DNA of 17,036 nucleotides. Source: Deinococcaceae bacterium. GTDB lineage: Bacteria > Deinococcota > Deinococci > Deinococcales > Trueperaceae. The stretch lies in NCBI GenBank assembly GCA_040256005.1, contig JBDZWC010000003.1, forward strand, positions 1 through 17,036, given 5' to 3'. The notes under the pieces are model-generated. The model was not told the DNA's origin and did not search any database. It was given only the letters and a program-made list of their open reading frames with translations. The translations under genes and the position numbers were made by a program. Below are positions 14,347 through 17,036 of this stretch, in pieces (positions within the stretch are counted from its first letter, which is position 1; each line of letters starts with the position of its first letter).

Positions 14347-14850
14347 TCAGCTCCAGACGTCAAGCCCAGGAAGCCCAGCCATGCCCAAGGTCAGCGCTAC
14401 CTGGCCGGCGTGCCAGGCGTCGTGCGTGTGAACGCGCTGGATCACCGAGCCACGGGTGTGGACCCAATCCTCGCCCCACGTCGGGCGCCTCAGCTCCTCG
14501 TGCAGGCCTTCGACCGTCCAGGTGTCCAGACAACGATCGATGATCCGGAACGTCGAGTCCAGCGCCTCGGCGAGCTCCGCCGGCCCCAGCACGTTGACGA
14601 GATCGTCATCGCCCGGGCAGTCGTACGCCGCGTTGGTGAAACGGGTCGTCTCCTTGCCGGGCTCGCCCGCGAAGTCGCAGAGCCAGAAGACGCGCTGGCA
14701 GGCCAGGTGTCCGATCGTAGCCCAGAGTGGCCAGCGCTCTGGGGAAGGTCGCGTGAGCAGTTGCTCGGGCGAGAGCCTCGAGACCAGTTCTATCAACGCG
14801 TCGTTGAGTCGCGGCCAGTCGCTGAAGGCCGGTCGGATCGTCTGAGCCAT
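14347..14850 (-). CDS. DinB/YfiT-like family protein
   Basis: TIGHL and RVHTHDAWHAGQV metal-binding His pattern. Start set at ATG 14850, with TACCCT 7 nt upstream. Confidence 0.85.
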   Translation of the reverse strand: MAQTIRPAFSDWPRLNDALIELVSRLSPEQLLTRPSPERWPLWATIGHLACQRVFWLCDFAGEPGKETTRFTNAAYDCPGDDDLVNVLGPAELAEALDSTFRIIDRCLDTWTVEGLHEELRRPTWGEDWVHTRGSVIQRVHTHDAWHAGQVALTLGMAGLPGLDVWS

Positions 14851-14935
14851 GTGCCTCAGGGTAGCGGTACGGCGCGACCCAAGGTTCGTGGCCGCGGCCA
14901 GGCTCGCCTCCTCGATCGCCACCCCTGGGCAGGTG

Positions 14936-16033
14936 CTAGCCGTCCCGGGGCCGTGACCCTACGGTGCTCTCCCGCACCACGAGGTGGGTGGGCAGCAGCA
15001 CGGACGTGGGCGCCTCGTCACCTCGCAGCTGAGCGATGAGCAGCCGCGCGGCTTCCTTCCCCTTCAGGACGGTTGGCTGATGGACCGTCGTGAGGGGCGG
15101 CGTGGTGCGCGCTGCGTGCGGTAGGTCGTCGAAACCTGCCACAGCCACGTCCTCGGGAACGCGGAGCCCCGCGTCGCGCGCGTGGCCGAGCACCCCGAAG
15201 GCCAGCTGGTCGCTCATGGCGAGGACGGCAGTAGGGCGCGGCTCGGTCGCCAAGATCGCTGCCGCCCCCTCGGCGCCGTCTACGGGGCGGTTGTCGGTCG
15301 TTTCGTAGACGATCACGTCGCGATCCCAGGCGAGCCCCGCTGCTTCGACCGCTGCCCGGTACCCGGCCAAGCGGGCCCGTACCGAGGCGTAGCCGACCGC
15401 TGCCTGCCGCTCGGGACCCACGACCCCGCCCACGACGTCCACGTCCATCTCCATCGATACGACCCCGAGCCGCCTGTGGCCGAGGGCCAGCAGGTGCTCC
15501 GCGGCTTGCCGCGCGCCGCCTTCGTCGTCGATGGCGACGTGCGAGTACCCGGGCACTCCCGAGTTGTCCACCATGACGGCGGGAAGCTTGCGTGACAGGG
15601 CCAGGTCGAAGAGAGGGTCCTCGTCGGCGAAGCAGTGGACGATGAGCCCGTCGACGTTGGCCGAGGCGTACGGCGCGGTCTCTACGTCACCGTGCATCCC
15701 GATGAGCACGAGCGCGAAGCCCTCCTCTTCGGCCTGCTGCGCGATGCCCTGGATGAAGAGGGCTGCCGCCGGGTCGGTGAAGGCGTAAGAGAGCTGGCTG
15801 GGGTACACGACGCCGAGAGCGTTACTAACGCCACGGCGCAGGCTCCTGGCCGCCGGGTCGGGCCCGGTGTAACCCAGCCTGTGGGCCGTGTCGAGGATCT
15901 TCTCGCGCAGCTCCTTGGACAGCTGGTCCGGCCGGTTGTAGGCGTTCGACACCGTGGATGTCGCGATGCCCAGCTCGTCGGCGATGCGTTTGAGCGTCAC
16001 CTTCTTGTCGCTGGCCAGGTCCTTGACACCCAC
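14936..16033 (-). CDS. LacI family transcriptional regulator
   Basis: VTLKRIADELGIATSTVSNAYN HTH, ARSLRRG hinge, VAGFDD, PPLTTVHQP, LVVREST. Start may be leaderless GTG 16033 (TATGCT 6 nt upstream) or ATG 16048. Confidence 0.93.
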   Translation of the reverse strand: MGVKDLASDKKVTLKRIADELGIATSTVSNAYNRPDQLSKELREKILDTAHRLGYTGPDPAARSLRRGVSNALGVVYPSQLSYAFTDPAAALFIQGIAQQAEEEGFALVLIGMHGDVETAPYASANVDGLIVHCFADEDPLFDLALSRKLPAVMVDNSGVPGYSHVAIDDEGGARQAAEHLLALGHRRLGVVSMEMDVDVVGGVVGPERQAAVGYASVRARLAGYRAAVEAAGLAWDRDVIVYETTDNRPVDGAEGAAAILATEPRPTAVLAMSDQLAFGVLGHARDAGLRVPEDVAVAGFDDLPHAARTTPPLTTVHQPTVLKGKEAARLLIAQLRGDEAPTSVLLPTHLVVRESTVGSRPRDG

Positions 16034-16051
16034 GCAGTCAGCATACATACT
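16023..16051 (+). promoter_or_regulatory. sigma70 promoter TTGACA-17-CATACT for the ParB/Srx-fold gene
   Basis: Perfect -35 at 16023-16028, -10 at 16046-16051; predicted TSS lies inside operator 1. Confidence 0.7.
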
Positions 16052-16079
16052 GAATCGATTCAGAGAAGAATCGATTCAG
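16050..16079. promoter_or_regulatory. Tandem LacI-type operators
   Basis: Perfect palindrome CTGAATCGATTCAG (16050-16063) and second copy AGAATCGATTCAG (16067-16079); the AAnCGnTT core is typical of LacI operators. Confidence 0.8.
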
Positions 16080-16117
16080 AAGAGCCGGTTCTGCTGTTGT
16101 CGCTCGAAAGGACCGCG

Positions 16118-16591
16118 ATGCTCCCACACTCACTACAGGGCACGCAGGGGCTTGTAGCGGCCCGTTCTGCGTTCCGAAGGGCCCATGCGCGGGCGCGTTG
16201 GCGCGCGTTCAGCGCCAGGTTGCTCCGGCGCTGCGCCCAGCTGTGCTCGCTGACGGACGCCTTGGAGTACGGCGGGAGCGGTGCTCCGACCGCTAATACG
16301 AGGGGCGTGCCGAGGTTGATGGACGTCGAGGTGGACAAGATCGTGGGCAGCCTAGGTAGGGCGAACGACTACACGGCGGAGTTCCTGCCACGTGTCGACG
16401 GGGACGAGGAACGCTGGGCCCGCGTGATGGTCGCCGTGGACAGCCCCGAAGGCGTGCCGCCGGTCGACCTGTACGAGCTGGACGGCGAGTACTACGTGGC
16501 GGATGGCCACCACCGCGTCTCGGTGCTCAAGCGCCTCGGCGTCCGCACCGTCGAGGCCTACGTCACGAGCCTGTCCAGGGTCTCGGCTTAG
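16118..16591 (+). CDS. Stand-alone ParB/sulfiredoxin N-terminal-fold protein
   Basis: VDKIVGS.GR..DY...FLP and PPVDLYELDGEYYVADGHHRVSV. AAAGGA RBS before ATG 16118. 157 aa, no HTH. Confidence 0.8.
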   Translation: MLPHSLQGTQGLVAARSAFRRAHARARWRAFSARLLRRCAQLCSLTDALEYGGSGAPTANTRGVPRLMDVEVDKIVGSLGRANDYTAEFLPRVDGDEERWARVMVAVDSPEGVPPVDLYELDGEYYVADGHHRVSVLKRLGVRTVEAYVTSLSRVSA

Positions 16592-16601
16592 TTGAGCTGC
16601 C

Positions 16602-16919
16602 TCAGCGTCGTCTGCGTCTGGCGCCCGCCCCGCCGCTTCCGAACAGGATGCCGGCCCCCAGCACGAACCCGAAGTCGTACCAGTTGCCGTTGTTGCGGAC
16701 CTCATAGACGTTGACGCTGTCGGTGAACAGCGAGATCACGAAGGAGAACGGGGCGACGATGCCGTGCCACACCCCGCGGAAGAACCCAGCCGGCCTGGCG
16801 TCCGGCGGAGCCGTGTGCACAGCAGGGTTCTCGCCCGGGAGGCAGGCCGCGAGAACCAGTACCAGCAGTGCGAAGCAGAGCACGAGGACGGCGGTCCGGC
16901 GGGTGACTAGTCGATTCAT
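16602..16919 (-). CDS. Small hypothetical lipoprotein/membrane protein
   Basis: Signal peptide with LAAC lipobox, AGFFRGVWHG and YEVRNNGNWYDFGFVLG segments. TAATGT 7 nt before ATG. Confidence 0.75.
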   Translation of the reverse strand: MNRLVTRRTAVLVLCFALLVLVLAACLPGENPAVHTAPPDARPAGFFRGVWHGIVAPFSFVISLFTDSVNVYEVRNNGNWYDFGFVLGAGILFGSGGAGARRRRR

Positions 16920-17036
16920 GCCGTAGACATTAGCGGCTCGATGAGCCGTGCGTGCCTGGTAGGGCGTGCCAGTCAGCGTCTACCGCGCAGCTGCGGGTCC
17001 AGCGCGTCTCTGAGACCGTCGCCCAGTAGGTTGAAG

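Noticed and set aside
15635..16117. N-terminal extension of the ParB-like ORF
   Set aside because: Antisense to lacI; promoter and RBS support ATG 16118.
16118..16591. True partition protein ParB or a plasmid signature
   Set aside because: No HTH or dimerisation domain, and no parA or parS seen.
1..17036. CRISPR array, IS/transposase, integrase, tRNA or rRNA
   Set aside because: No regularly spaced repeats, recombinase motifs or such RNA genes recognised by eye.

Overview
High-GC chromosomal window with no mobile element, CRISPR array, rRNA or tRNA. Several genes have a TAnnnT -10 box 6-7 nt before the start codon, suggesting leaderless mRNAs and tentatively a Deinococcota-like host. It encodes a PAF-AH-like hydrolase, an EamA/DMT transporter, a degenerate DUF2332-like protein, an extended SDR, a Fe-S type APS reductase (cysH), VOC and DUF488 proteins, a SARP-like/ATPase/TPR regulator, an atypical cbb3-like oxidase operon without CcoP, a nitroreductase, an unknown membrane protein, a DinB protein, a LacI regulator divergent from a ParB/Srx-fold gene, and a small lipoprotein. 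The strongest non-coding signal is a ykkC-family riboswitch upstream of the EamA transporter (minus strand, ~2223-2346). It deviates from guanidine-I, can form a P0 helix, and may be a variant-ligand riboswitch. Also notable are a near-consensus promoter running straight into an intrinsic terminator (~29-nt RNA) and tandem LacI operators over overlapping divergent promoters. Family assignments come from motif recognition only; no searches were run.
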